A stretch of DNA of 64,000 nt from Eledone cirrhosa (Eukaryota), in NCBI GenBank assembly GCA_964016885.1, contig OZ024745.1, forward strand, positions 80,166,001-80,230,000, given 5' to 3'. Positions 23,790 to 37,811 of this stretch are shown one piece after another. A program made the translations under genes and the position numbers. How positions within the stretch are numbered: position 1 is the first letter of the stretch; every line of letters starts with the position of its first letter. The notes under the pieces are model-generated. The model had not been told where the DNA came from. It saw nothing but the letters and a program-made list of their open reading frames with translations, and made no database searches.

Positions 23790-26700
23790 TTATTGTGTAC
23801 AGTACTCAGGTGCACTACAACTCATCAAAGGTGCATGTATAGTACATAGAATAATGTACAATTGTCAGGGAAGTGAATAGTGTATGAGTCATGATATACA
23901 TGTGCGCGTGTGTATGGAGGGGGAGTATTAGATGTAGTGTTGGCGAATCTCAGGAAGCATGGAGGTTTTAAAGGATGCAGTGTCTCGACAGCTAACAACT
24001 GATGCAGGGAGTTTGTTCCATGCTTCAGCAACTCTGAGCGTGAAAAAATGTTTCCGAAAGTCACAGAAGCTGTGCTGTTTTCTGACTTTGTTGGCATGCC
24101 CATGTGTGTTAGACACATAGAAATCAAAAAGGTACTCAGGGTTGTTGTTGCCAGACGTCGGAGCTTCAATGTATCCATGCCCAGGGAAGCAAGGCGTTCA
24201 GAGTATGGTAGATGACTGATGGAGGGTATTCGCTTGGTTGCACATCTCTGAACAGCTTCCAAGCGGTCGATGTTCTGAGCAAGATAGGGGTTCCAGACTG
24301 GTGATGCAAATTCTAAGTGTGGCCGCACCATAGCTATATACAGCTTTAAATAGATAGCTGGAGAGCGGCTGACGAAGGTCTTGCTGAGTGATGCTAAGAC
24401 ACCCTCGGCCTTCTTGACAATTTTAGAGACGGGGTTCGTCCAACGCAAATCGCTGCTGACTAATGCCCAGGTCATGTTCACAAGAAGACTTCTTGATATT
24501 AGTGTTGTGGAGGGAGTATGTGGACCCTGGGTTTTACTCCCAAAATGCATGGTGATACACTTGTCCACAGCCAGCTTGAGTTGCCTGTCCATGATCCATT
24601 GTTGCATCGTGCAGTCACCCTTTTTGAATAGAGGAATGACACTGGCAGTTTTTCACTGTTCTGGAGTAGCACCGTTGTTCAGACAGAATTGGAAGAAGCA
24701 TGATGGCTGGTGCAGAAGGAAGTACCCACCACGTTTGAGAGGCAGGTACGTAATACCATCAAGACCAAGAGAGGCATGGTTGCATTTTTTTTTAAGGTGA
24801 CGTCGCAGCATTGCAGGTGTAAATTCCATAGTTGTAATAGAATCTGATGTCAGAGATGGAGAGACGGTACATTCTGGTCTTCAATAATGAAAATGCCTGC
24901 ATAGCATTCGGCAATGAGTTCTGCGCATTTCTTGGGGTCGTCAGTAACCTGGCTTGTGTGGGGATTGTGAAGAGGACCAACTGGAGAGTGAGGCCTCTGC
25001 TTTGAGTGAACATACTTCCAGAACACCTTACTGTCAGGGCTGGCTGCTATGAGGTGCTCAAATTCAAGCACTGCCTTTTTTGTCACCTGCTTGAGATGGT
25101 TGGATGATTTATTTCGCTTTTTCCTATTGATATCTGATTTACGCAGTTTATACTCACATGCAGTACAACCCGACAACCACCTGATCACCTATAGATCAGG
25201 GGAGCACTCTAGTCAGTTAGATTTTATCCTCATCAGAGGACGTGACAGATGGACGGTCGTAAACACAAAAGCCTTCCCTAGTGAGGAATGTACATCCCAA
25301 CATAGCTTAGTTGTCAGCGACCTCACGGTCAGAACTAGACGAGCCCTGAAACAGAGGCCAACCTGGAGAAGAAAGATCTGGAAGCTGAAAGTCCCCTCAA
25401 CCAGTAACAGATTTAAAGATATTTTACTCAACCCCTACGACAGTAAAGAAGAACAGATAGAGACATTTAACGTAGAAGAGAACTGGGAGTTCCTAAAAAA
25501 TAACTTACTAGAGGCGACGGATGAGGTTTGTGGCTGGAGTAAGACCTCAAGCAGGAGGAGAGTGACTTGGTGGTGGAACAATAAGGTAGATGAAGCAGTC
25601 AAGGCCAAGAGACAGGCATGGAAAGAATGGAAGAACGGGGGGAGCAGGGTACATTACATAGAGACCAAGAGGGAAGCTAGGCGACAAGTATACTTAGCTA
25701 GGAGGGAAGCAGAGGATAGAAAATTCAAGCATGTTTTACAACGTGAGGACCAGAAACAGGAGGTATTCAAGATTGCGAGGCAGTGTGTCAGAGATAGTTG
25801 TGATGTCATTGGAGAGAAGTGTATCCGGAATGATAAAGGTGAGCTTGCCCTCACAAGTGCTGAGAAGAAAGATGCATGGAAGAGTCATTATGATAGATTA
25901 CTAAATGAGGAGAATGCATGGGAAGAAGAGACCCTACCCCACGTAGACCCTATAGAGGGACCAGCAGTACAAGTCAGCGGCAGCGTAGTAAGTAAGGCAA
26001 TCAGAGATATGAAGATAGGGAAGGCAACCGGTCCATCGGGTATAGCTGCCGAGATGCTGAAGGCATCTGGGTCTGTAGGTCACACTATAACCACACGTAT
26101 CGTTAACCAGGTAATACTAGAGGGGGCCATACCAAAAGATTGGTGCAGTAGCATCATTGTCAACTGCTACAAAGGTAAAGGCGATGCACTAGATAGAGGA
26201 AACTATAGAGGTATAAAGTTGATGGACCAGGTCATGAAAGTAACAGAAAGAGTTATAGCACAGCTGATTAGGGACCGGGTGAATATAGACGAGATGCAAT
26301 TTGGGTTTGTACCAGGGAAAGGCACCACTGATGCCCTCTTCCTTGTGAGGCAATTACAGGAAAAGTACCTAGCTAAAAGTAAGCCACTCTACTTGGCATT
26401 TGTCGACCTTGAGAAAGCCTTTGACAGAGTTCCACATGCAGTAATCTGGTGGGCTCTTAGAAAACTAGGAGTAGATGAATGGCTTGTGAAAGCGGTACAA
26501 GCCATGTATAGGGGAGCAGTCAGCAAAGTTAGGATTGGCAATGAGTATAGCGAGGAATTTAGCGTACAGGTTGGGGTCCACCAGGGCTCTGTTCTTAGCC
26601 CTCTCCTGTTCATTATAGTCCTGCAGGCAATAACGGAGGAGTTTAAGACCGGATGCCCATGGGAACTCCTGTATGCTGATGACCTCGCACTCATAGCTGA

Positions 26701-28830
26701 ATCTATGGTAGAACTAGAGAATAAATTCCAAACCTGGAAGCAGGGACTAGAGAGAAAGGGCCTCAAAGTCAACATGACAAAGACTAAGGTCCTTATAAGT
26801 AGACGAGAAAACAGAACCCAGATCCCCTCAGGGAAATGGCCTTGCTCAGTATGTAGGAAAGGTGTAGGTAGGAACTCCATTCTCTGCCCCAAATGCAAAC
26901 AATGGGTACACAAGAGATGTAGCGGGATCTCAGGAAGCTTAATTAAGAATGTAGGATTCACATGCAGCAGCTGTGCTGAAACAGCAAGCAAACAGCCACA
27001 GGAAACAAGTACCACCAATCTCTGGGAGGGCCCTGTAGAAACAGTAGACAGCTTCTGCTACCTAGGTGACCGAATTAGCAACGGAGGTGGGTGCTCAGAA
27101 AGTACAATAACTAGGGTAAGAACGGGATGGAAGAAGTTTAGGGAACTACTACCACTGCTAGCTGCAAAAGGCTTCTCCCTCAGAATGAAAGGCAGACTGT
27201 ATGATGCGTGTATCCGAACAGCGATGTTGCATGGTAGTGAGACCTGGGCGCTGAAGGTGGAAGACTTACGTAGATTAGAGAGAAACGAAGCCTGCATGCT
27301 CCGATGGATGTGTAACAGTAATATACGTGAACGACAAAGCATAAAGGAATTGAGAGAGAGACTGAGCATAAGAGGAATCAAATGCTGCGTGCAGGAGAGG
27401 CGGTTACGCTGGTATGGACATGTGATGCGTATGAAGGATGACAGCTGCATAAAAAGGTGCAGAGCACTAGAAGTTGATGGAAACCGCGGAGTGGGGAGAC
27501 CCAAGATGACTTGGGATGAGGTGATAAAAGCCGACCTTACCCAACTACACCTCTCAAAGTCAATGACACACGACCGTGACTTCTGGCGTCACGCAGTAAT
27601 ACAGGGTACCCGACCTCCCATGGGTACATGCTGAAGCATATAAACAATATGCCCCCCACCGCAAGGTGGTCGTGGAGGTGCCACGGCAAAAAAGCACCCA
27701 GCCCACACTGTAAAGTGGACGTGTAGGCGCCACGAAAAAGCACCCAGCACTCACTGTAAATGAGGTTGGTGTTAGGAAGGGCATCCAGCTGTAGAAATCA
27801 AGCCAGATCAGTTCCTGTATGAGCAAGGCATGGTCAGCCGACCAGACACTGCCCACAACAGGACAACCCGTCTAACCCATGCTAGCGTGGAAGAACGGAC
27901 GTAAAACGGTGATGATGATGATGATGATGCAGCATTACAACGTTATTTTCTGGCAAGACGGATGGCTGCAGTCTCCCAAATTGCACTTTTGGGATGTTTT
28001 TTCTGCTTACGTGGTACCGATGCTGCACATGCTGTCCATATTGAGTTCAGGATGTTCTGGAGTACAGTGTTGACATCTCCAGAGTCATAAAACTCAAGCC
28101 AGTTTGGATGTTGCAGTTTGATGCAGCAACAGTTCCAGTCTGCTTTATTCCAGTCAAAGTGAGCAGTTTGGAGATGGTTGTGGTTTTTGTTACTGCCCAT
28201 GAGGGATAGATTGCCAATGATCATAGCATGATCAGAGTCACCTAAAGGTTCCTCAGTAGTAATAACCGTTTCATGAGTAGTGGTGAAGAGCAGATCCAAA
28301 GTGTTGTCACCTCTTGTTGGGGAGGTGACTACTTGGGACCAGTTCGAGTCCAGCACTAGCTCAAGGAAATCATTTGCACTTTGCCGCCAATGAAAAGTTT
28401 CCCAGTCAATCTTAGGGTGATTGAAGTCCCCTGCAATAAAAACATAAGTGGCTGTTTTCCTGGCAGCAGCTCTGAGGATATCACAAAGTTAAGTGTCCTG
28501 TTAGTAATTTGGGGGACAGTAAATGACTCCAAGTAGCAGTGTTGACATGGTCATACGTATATCGCAGAAAAATACCTCTTGCTGGTTCAAATCAACACAA
28601 GAAATTGCTGAAAAATTTGACCGAACGTAGACCATTACACCACCACATGCAGTCTTTACGAAACAAGTTGTAGCCAGTTATGCTGAAAACCCCATCACAG
28701 AGTAAGGAATGTGTCCATGTTTCTGTGACTGTAATGAATTCAGGGTCGATACTTTTGATGTAGGAGTCAAGAAGATGTATCTTATTGCATAGACTACGTG
28801 CATTCAAGGACAACAATTTGTACCTTGATT
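23790..28830 (-). mobile_element. CR1-clade LINE, degenerate, split by the RTE insertion at 25164-27926
   Basis: Endonuclease LNARSL..VTETW and PTRGDNTLDL..SDH; C-terminal VRPHLEFASPVWNP and FFTLRVAEAWNKLP. Confidence 0.85.
25164..27926 (+). mobile_element. RTE family B, 5'-truncated, open RT frame, ATGCAG TSD
   Basis: Frame open to the stop at 27634; ATGCAG at 25158-25163 and 27927-27932; (GAT)n tail. Confidence 0.95.
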
Positions 28831-29739
28831 CCAGTCTATGATTATGTGCAGGAGATGGCAGGTTGTTCTGATTTAGTTTCCCAGAGTTTTTTCAGTTTTT
28901 TTATTGTCAGATGTTTTAACATATTTCATGACAACTTTTTTAATGAAATACATTGCCGAGCTGTTTACATTAATTTTGAAAATAAGTTTAAAAAATTGAA
29001 AGCTTTTAGTTTGCACTTTTATCAAATTTACTGTTTTAAATGTTTACACACACACACAAACATCCATCTCAACATCTCACACATTTCCTTGTTTTTGGTA
29101 CATCTCAAAATTCTTTTTCAGTTTCAGCTTCCTCTCTTCAATCTTTTAATAGCTCACTGTTCTATTTTTGCAGTTTTTACAGTTATTAAATTTATTGTTT
29201 TAAATGTTTACAAACACACGATATTCATCTCATCATCTTACTTACAAACACAGATTTCATTTCTCTGTTTTAGCTCACTCTCAACCGCCTATTCCCTTAT
29301 GGTCCATACATCCCTTTTACATGCCCATTAATTGGTAGATTTAACAGTTAAAAAAAAAGATTTCATCATTTAGACTTAAATCTAAATTATTTTAAGGTCA
29401 TGTGCCAAGTGACCAGGATACCTGCATGGTTAAATGATTTCGTAACATCCTATTAGCCTTCACCCTCCTGTTCCCCGCCACCCCCATCACATTCCAGGCA
29501 ATTAACTTGTGTCCCCTATCTCTTCCCTCCCTCCATTATCTTCAGATTCAGTCAAAATTAGCCCTGTTTATCCCCCTATTCAACCCACTACTCCCATAGC
29601 AGCTAGCTTGCCTCCAATGCCACCTAGCCCCAACTGAGTCCCACTGCCAGAGTTAATGCTGTTCACCCAGTTCTTCCCTCTACCTCTATCATTAACCTAC
29701 CCTCACTATCTTCTCCTCCCCATCTGAATCCTAATTCTA

Positions 29740-31070
29740 ATGCCAACCCCTCTGGTGCTGACAATTCACCACCAAACTGTGCTCTTTGCACCCATACAAG
29801 TCAATATTTGAAGACCATCAAATGTCACTCATCTAGCCTAAGCTATAACAGGAGCTGTGTTGGCATTACTCAGGGTCAAGCTGAAAGTTTCTCAAACTGG
29901 ACGTGTAACCAATGCCACTTCAGTTCCAACTTACTTCGCAGGTCAGAACCTAGCTTTGACATTTAGATCCCTGGAGAGGATTTTGCTGCTGCCCTCCGGG
30001 ACTTGTCTATGTTCAAACTCATGAACAGAATCTCAAAGGGAGCTTGGACCTGTTTCGTCCATGCTCTCTTCAAACTGCTGAAAATGTCTGCTTGTCCAAC
30101 ATCTCGGATTGGCAGAAACTATTCTTGTTCTCTCTAGTCTCTCCACATATCCAACGCAAAATCTGGATTCCTCACATTTTCCCTAAAACGGCAGGTTTAG
30201 CAGTTTGATTCCACCCCAACTACGGCTTATCTCAGTTCTGATCAATGGATGATCACCAAACTTAAAGAAGACCATCAATGCCAAATTCAACGAATTTGAT
30301 ATTAAAAGGGCTGTTCGCCTCCTTACCTCTCTGTCCTCCCTCACCCAGTGCACAACTGATTTACTCAATCGACTGAGGGAGAAACATCTTCATGCCTCTC
30401 CAGATGACCACCTATACTGGCTCAATCCACCAGGTTATTTACCGCCTATCTTCGCATCAGAAAGGCAATTATATCCTTTACTGCGGTTTCTGGTACAGGG
30501 ATTGATAGTCTACAGCCTCAGCACCATAAGGATGGTATCTTTTTGTCTACTGAAGATACTGGCCTTGAGCTCTTCGAGAACCTCACCCAGTTCATTAACT
30601 TGTTCTTGTCAGAGAGTATCCTCACTTATATTTGCCCCCTCTTCTTTGGGGTTAAACTGTTTGGCCTCACAAAACCCAATGGTGACCTTCACCCCATAGA
30701 GTTGGGTGCACACTGTGACAGCTCTCTGCAAAATTATGTCTATCCTTCATTTCAGACTGCCTGTCTGCTGAATGTTTCCTTATTCAGCTAGGAGTGAGTG
30801 CCAAGCTGGATTATGAGGCTGCCACCAGAGCATTTACCAACTTTCCTTCTAAGACCCCTAAGGTTATCCTCAAACTAGATCTTAGGAATATTTTCAATTC
30901 CATCAGTCAGGATGTCATCATTTGTTCAGTAAAAGAGAGAACCCCTCAGCTTTACCACTTTGCTTGGCAAGCCTATCGGGAGCCCTCCTACCTCTCTTTC
31001 AGAGACCATTTCATCCTATCTGCCTCAGGCGTCCAACAGAGGACCTGTTCTTCACATTGGGTATTGATGA
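29740..31070 (+). mobile_element. Highly degenerate CRE-like element
   Basis: FFGVKLFGLTKPNGDLHPI, ILKLDLRNIFNSI and SASGVQQ remnants. Confidence 0.65.
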
Positions 31071-31675
31071 TGTCACCACCAATGATGGCCTTGGGACCCC
31101 CTGCTGGTCATTTAACCTTGTTCTGGTGACGCAGCTTGATGGAGCATGCAACTACTGATATACTCATGTTTATAGGCTCTGAGGATTCCTGCCATGGTGC
31201 ATGGATGAAACACTGTTAGCTAATAAAATAATGTATTTCTAAGCACCCTTTGGTTATTCCTATAACTATAACGGCTCTGTAGTACTAGTTATCCTACATT
31301 GAGCTAAAACCACACTGTCACACCAAGGGCAATATATCTACATGTCTGGGCATATTGATATATTTGTCAACGAAATATATATATATAATCATCATTTCAT
31401 TTTACGTCCGCTTTTCCCTGCTTGCAAGGGTGGGACGGGAACTGATTCTGGCTTGATTTCTACAGCTGGATGCCCTTCCTAACACCAACCTCATTTACAG
31501 TGAGTGCTGGGTGCTTTTTTGCCGTGGCACCTCCACGACCACTTTCCAGTGGAATGATAGGGACCCCAGTCCCTATCATCTCATTTCTACAGCTGAGTAT
31601 ACAAGCGTATACAAGATTTTAATTATTCGAATATTTTACAAAGCCTGATGTATATTTTTTTTTGTTTTTTTTAAG

Positions 31676-31813
31676 GTGCTTCTTTTTCAAAAGCATCCCA
31701 GTTACTAGAAGCAATCCATGAATGCTCTGATTTTGATGATGATGTTGAAGATGTAAGCAATGAAGAGGAGCAAGCCCAAACAACAATAAAAGCTGGTGCT
31801 GGACAGATAGCTA
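31676..31813 (+). CDS. IAP coding exon 5 (end of UBA plus acidic linker)
   Basis: GASFSKASQLLEAI...; AG/GTAAGT bounded, 138 nt, phase 1 to 1. Confidence 0.9.
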
Positions 31814-32087
31814 GTAAGTAAATAAGTGATTATTCCTCTATTTCTTTATATATAGTAAGTAAATCAGTGATTATTATTATATTTTCATGGTAAAGGCCTT
31901 ACCTCACATAATTATCTTTCATAATATCAAATATATGAGATTTTGAAAGTATTTATTTTGAGAACAATACCTTAACATCAGTTTGAGTGACCGGTTTGAA
32001 GAGAAAGAGGTAGAGAATTCTGGTCAGTTTGAACATTAAAGGGTTAAACGTATATGGAAATGGAAGGAGCCCTCAGCCTGTAACAAA

Positions 32088-32613
32088 TTTCTTAGGTGTC
32101 GTCAGCAGTCAAGGTGATGTCATGCCACCTCACTTCTTCCCTGAGGACCTCAAGGTGAACACTGATAGCTACATCCGTGTTCTGAGCGAGGTAGTAAAGC
32201 CCTGGATCGACCAGGTAGCTGCAGGTAGGCTGTACGTGTGGCAGCAAGACTCAGCGCTCTGCCATACCAGCCGAAAGACCCACTTTCCCTGACATCTGGC
32301 CTCCCAGCTCGCCTGACTGCAACCCTCTCGACTTCTTTGTGTGGGGCGCAGTGGAACGAGACACCAACAGATCTAGCTGCAATACGAAAGATGATCTGAA
32401 GGCCAGGATCACAAGTGCCTTTAGGGGTCTAAGTCGGGGGACAGTGACGAAGGCCTTGTAGCCGGTTCCGAGGCCGCCTTGAAGCCATCATCAAAGCCAA
32501 TGGCGGGTATATCGAGTGAGATCGAAAGAACAAGTCATGAAGACAAACTGACCCAAGTTTGATAAATAAATCTTAAAAAATAAGTAATCTTGCGAACAGA
32601 TATCGTCCGCACC

Positions 32614-32616
<3 letters not shown>
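32088..32616 (+). mobile_element. Tc1/mariner (maT-like) transposase 3' fragment with right TIR
   Basis: VWQQDSA..H and WPPSSPDCNPLDFFVWG; ends CACCCTG|TA. Confidence 0.85.
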
Positions 32617-32649
<33 letters not shown>

Positions 32650-33123
32650 AATTTCGTTTTTAAAATATAAAAACTGGAAAGAAGTAGGTGGAGGAGTTAA
32701 AACAGCTCAAAATACGGTAATTTATTATAATAAACAGTACATAAGCCTATGTATCATACTTCAAGCATGTGTACAAAATCCTACTGTGTTAAAAAAAATT
32801 ACGTGTGGAGCAAATTATTCATTAAAGTATTACCAAATACAGTTTCACATTAAATATTAATTTACAATTTTTTCATCATTTTATGAACAAATACCTAAAC
32901 ATATTGATCTCAGCACACACACTAAGAGGCCACAAAGCTTTGTTTACATTAATTAAGCAGTAATACTAGCTAACTGCAGTCATGATGTACTATCAGACCA
33001 AATCTAATTATCTACGATGAACTAAAAGATAGTTATCAAATAAATAACAAAAGAAAATATAAAAACTTATATATATAGAGAGAGAAAAATATAAATATAT
33101 ATATGTGCGTGTGTACATATATC

Positions 33124-36032
33124 TCCTTATAATATATAACCAGCAATTTCTCTGTCTGTCTGTCCGACAGTGGAAACACGTGCGCGCGTGGTTGCTATCT
33201 CTCTCTCTCTCCAGCTATCCCTCTCTTTTAGTCTGTCTGTTTCTCTCACTCTCACTCTTTCTCTTTGTAACACACTAACATTCCTCCCGTCTATCGCTGT
33301 GACGAATGGGGAGATGGAGGAGGAGGAGGAGAGAGGCACTTCGTCACTTCACCTCTGCCTTTCTTTCTCTCCCCTCTCACTCCCTCATTACGTACAGACA
33401 TTAGGGCGGTGGATTGGCAGAATCTGTAGAGAGTCGGACACCATGCTTCATAGCATGGAGTTACGTCCCTTTACGGTCTGAGTTCAAATACCGCCGAGGT
33501 TAACTTTGCCTTTCATCCTCACGGGGTCGATAAAATAAAGTACCAGTAATGTACTGGATAATTGCTGGCCTTGTGCCAAAAGTAGAAACAATTATTAGAA
33601 ACATTGCTTCATTTTTACATATCTAAGCATTAGTAAAATAACTAATAATTTCAAAAGTAATTTTTCAATTCCAATTGTTATGAACAGCAAAACATTAATA
33701 ATAATTTTGTTCTAAGAAATATATATACATTTCTGTGTGTGTAATATATATATATATACACACACAGAAATATATATACATTTCTGTGTGTGTAATATAT
33801 ATATATACACAGAAATATATATACATTTCTGTGTGTGTAGTATATATATATACACACACAGAAATATATATACATTTCTGTGTGTGTAATATATATATAT
33901 ATATACTAGCAGAAAACCACCCGGTGGGCGGTTTTCTGCTAGCAAATCTAGTGTATATACTGATATTGTTGAGATTTGGATGAGAAATGTTTTTGGCACC
34001 ACATGTTCACCGTCTCTCGGTGTGTCTTTTATGCATGTATAAATATATATGTTATCTATGCGGTGAAATCTTTGAAATAAATATATGTTAAAACGAAAAA
34101 GGAGAAAAAGAGATTAGTGACGGAAATATAAACGTTATGATACATAAACGTTATGATATAACGATGGAAATATATCTTCAAATGGTCCTTGGCATGGTGT
34201 CAAGTCAGAACCGCCTCAAACTGGTTACTTCTGGCTTGTGCAAGGTGTCTCTATAGCAACCAGCGATTCCCTCGGCCTCAGTGACCAAAGTCAGTGGAGA
34301 GGGGAAGGTAATGTTTCGATAGCGACAGTGTTTCTCTTGGTAGTACCAAAGTGGAGAAAGGAAGGGGAAGGTAATATTTCTGTAGCACCTACATTTGAGT
34401 TTTAGGGAAGGACAGACAGACAGACAAACAGAGAAATGCCTATATATTTCTGTGTGTGTATATATATATATATATTACACACACAGAAATGTATATATAT
34501 TTCTGTGTGTATATATATATATATATATATTACACACACAGAAATGTATATATATTTCTGTATGTATATATATATATTTCTGTGTGTGTATATATATATA
34601 TATATTACATACACAGAAATGTATATATATTTCTTAGAACAAAATTATTATTAATGTTTTGCTGTTCATAACAATTGGAATTGAAAAATTACTTTTGAAA
34701 TTATTAGTTATTTTACTAATGCTTAGATATGTAAAAATGAAGCAATGTTTCTAATAATTGTTTCTACTTTTGGCACAAGGCCAGCAATTATCCAGTACAT
34801 TACTGGTACTTTATTTTATCGACCCCGTGAGGATGAAAGGCAAAGTTAACCTCGGCGGTATTTGAACTCAGACCGTAAAGGGACGGAACTCCATGCTATG
34901 AAGCATGGTGTCCGACTCTCTACAGATTCTGCCAATCCACCGCCCTAATGTCTGTACGTAATGAGGGAGTGAGAGGGGAGAGAAAGAAAGGCAGAGGGGA
35001 AGTGACGAAGTGACTCTCTCCTCCTCCTCCATCTCCCCATTCGTCACAGCGATAGAGGGGAGGAATGTTAGTGTTTTACAAAGAGAAAGAGTGAGAGAAA
35101 CAGACAGATTAAAAGAGAGGGATAGCTGGAGAGAGAGAGAGAGATAGCAACCACGCGCGCACGTGTTTCCACTGTCGGACAGACAGACAGAGAAATTGCT
35201 GGTTATATATTATAAGGATATATATATACACACACAGAAATATATATACATTTCTGTGTGTGTAATATATATATACACACACAGAAATATATGGGCATTT
35301 CTCTGTTTGTCTGTCTGTCTGTCTGTCCTTCCCTAAAACTCAAATGTAGGTGCTACAGAAATATTACCTTCCCCTTCCTTTCTCCACTTTGGTACTACCA
35401 AGAGAAACACTGTCGCTATAGAAACATTACCTTCCCCTCTCCACTGACTTTGGTCACTAAGGCCGAGGGAATCGCTGGTTGCTATAGAGACACCTTGCAC
35501 AAGTCAGAAGTAACCAGTTCGAGGCGCTTCTCACTTGACACCATGCCAAGTCTACTTATAATATATAATGGGCATTTCTCTGTTTGTTTGTCTGTCTCTC
35601 TGTCTGTAAAAAATGCCAAGGAAACAAATAGACCCGGTTTCAAATCTCTATGCTTTTCAAATTCATTACATTAATCTTTATTTATATGTTTCGCTTTACG
35701 AGTGTTTCGGCTTATCATTATATATAAACGTTTCTATTTCCATCGTTTTATCATAAACGTTTATATATTTCCATCGTTATATCATACCGTTTATGTATCA
35801 TAACGTTTATATTTCCGTCACTAATCTCTTTTTCTCCTTTTTCGTTTTAACATATATTTATTTCAAAGATTTCACCGTATAGATAACATATATATTTATA
35901 CATGCATAAAAGACACACCGAGAGACGGTGAACATGTGGTGCCGAAAACATTTCTCATCCAAATCTCAACAATATCAGTATATACACTAGATTTACTAGC
36001 AGAAAACCGCCCACCGGGTGGTTTTCTGCTAG
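33124..36032 (+). mobile_element. Non-autonomous Helitron containing an inverted copy of itself (33906-35218)
   Basis: 5' TC ends; 3' hairpin CTAGCAGAAAACC..GGTTTTCTGCTAG at 33906 (-) and 36032 (+); 34441-35218 is the reverse complement of 33124-33905. Confidence 0.75.
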
Positions 36033-37811
36033 TCTATATATATAAAACTGAGGATGTCTGTCTGTGTGTGTGTGTGTGTGAGTTTGAATCCCTAAAACTC
36101 GAGAAGCACCCAACCGACTGTTTTCAAACTTTTCACATGCAATACTTATGTTTCAGGGAGTGTTCTGAGCAAAATAAATTTCAAATTTTCAATGCCCTAG
36201 GGACCGCATTAGGCGATTTAGCGATCTCTCTCTATAATTCTTAGTCTTTCTCTTTTTAGATAGATACATATATATATAACGTCGCGCCCTTATAATATCT
36301 GTCTGCATTACATCACTTCCCACAATTCTATCTGCATCCAGAACGCGCCCTTATAATATCTGTCTGTATGTATGGCTGTCTGCTGCCACCCATGCTCAAG
36401 ATAAATCTCACACTCATTCCCCAAACAGTTGGTAAGTGCACACAATTTCTTCCTCGCGTTTTAAGCCACAGTGTTGCTTACTTATGTACCACCAGACCCT
36501 TACTTCTTTGCCAGCCATGGTTGTGGCAATACTAAGCTTAGCTAAGGCGGTTATATATTTCGCACAACACTAAATACGATTTCCCTCGGCTTCAGGTGAC
36601 TACCTTCAGAGATGGACCTTCCGCTTCGCACTCAGCCTGTCAATGTATGGCTGTTAAACGGACTGCGAATGCATTCTGATTCATTCTAAAAGCTACCAGT
36701 GGAAGCAACCATAACACCCTCCTTCAAATATCAGAGATTGCAGTCAAAGTCACTATTAAGGGCTGCAAGTGAACGCTCACATGGCCCTTTTTAGGACCAT
36801 CACTTGAAATTGTTGATGATTACCCTCCTTACTGAGGTGTCAGTGAATGGCTTACACAACCCTTTTAAGGGCCCTTGAAATAGCTGATGGCGACCCTTTC
36901 GTTTAGGGCTGCCAGTGAACGCGCACACACCTCAGGGCCCATTTTATTGCACCATTCCTCTTTAAATTTGTTAAATTATACCCAGTTTGGTAAACGTTTG
37001 TCCAGTTGCGTTTACTTACTAAGGTGCGGTAGACTCCTTCGAGAAGGCTCCACATGCTGTCCGATTGCACGTCATGCCTTGCTCAAGCATTGCAGACTTC
37101 CCTCTGACATAAGTGGTGACATCTGTTCTGCTGACTCATGCCACTTTATTAAAGTACAAAAGCACCAAGCCGATTTTCTCCATGTCGAAGGAGAAGCATG
37201 CCTAATACTAATTGCATCAGAATATTCGGTTTATTTTCTTTACATATTGTCCAGACATGCAGTTTTCCCACAATTAGGTCTGTTGGCGGCCCGTGTTATG
37301 CACATAAAAAATTCAACTTTTTGATCCCCTAGGGCCCGCATTAGGTGAAAAACTGCTTTTTTTTCAGCTTTTTATGGGTATTTTGAGCCGTTACGTCAGA
37401 CCGATTTCCTTGAAATTGTAACTATGTATTAGTCAGTCTATTCTTCATACCATGAGCAAAGAAAATCCAACTTTTTTATGGCCTAGGGCCTGCATTAGGT
37501 GAAAAACTTCATTTTTTCAGCTTTTTAGGGCTTTTTTTAGGCTTTACGTCTAGCCGATTTTCCTGAAATTTCAAGGCATATTATGCACATAAAAAAAATT
37601 TATTTTCTTGATGGCCTAGGGCCCGCATTAGGTGAAATCCTGCATTTTTCCTGCTTCATCGAGGAAAATCTTAAAGATTATCCAGCCATCAGAGTATTCG
37701 GTTTATTTTCTTTACATATTGTCGAGGCATGAAATTTTTCCACGATTAGGTCTGTTGGCGGCCCGCGTTCCAAAATACCTTATCCCGTGCAACGCCGGGT
37801 ACCACTGCTAG
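36033..37811 (+). mobile_element. Second Helitron family joined head-to-tail to the first
   Basis: Starts TCTATATATATAAAA; ends CCCGTGCAACGCCGGG..CTAG|T; internal CCTAGGGCCCGCATTAGG repeats. Confidence 0.75.

Noticed and set aside
25049-25163. N-terminus of the 861-aa ORF as a real start
   Set aside because: It is antisense CR1 sequence fused by chance to the 5'-truncated RTE at the TSD.
36887-37324. 145-aa ORF as a captured host gene
   Set aside because: Only a faint resemblance to decayed Helitron helicase; cannot be supported by eye.
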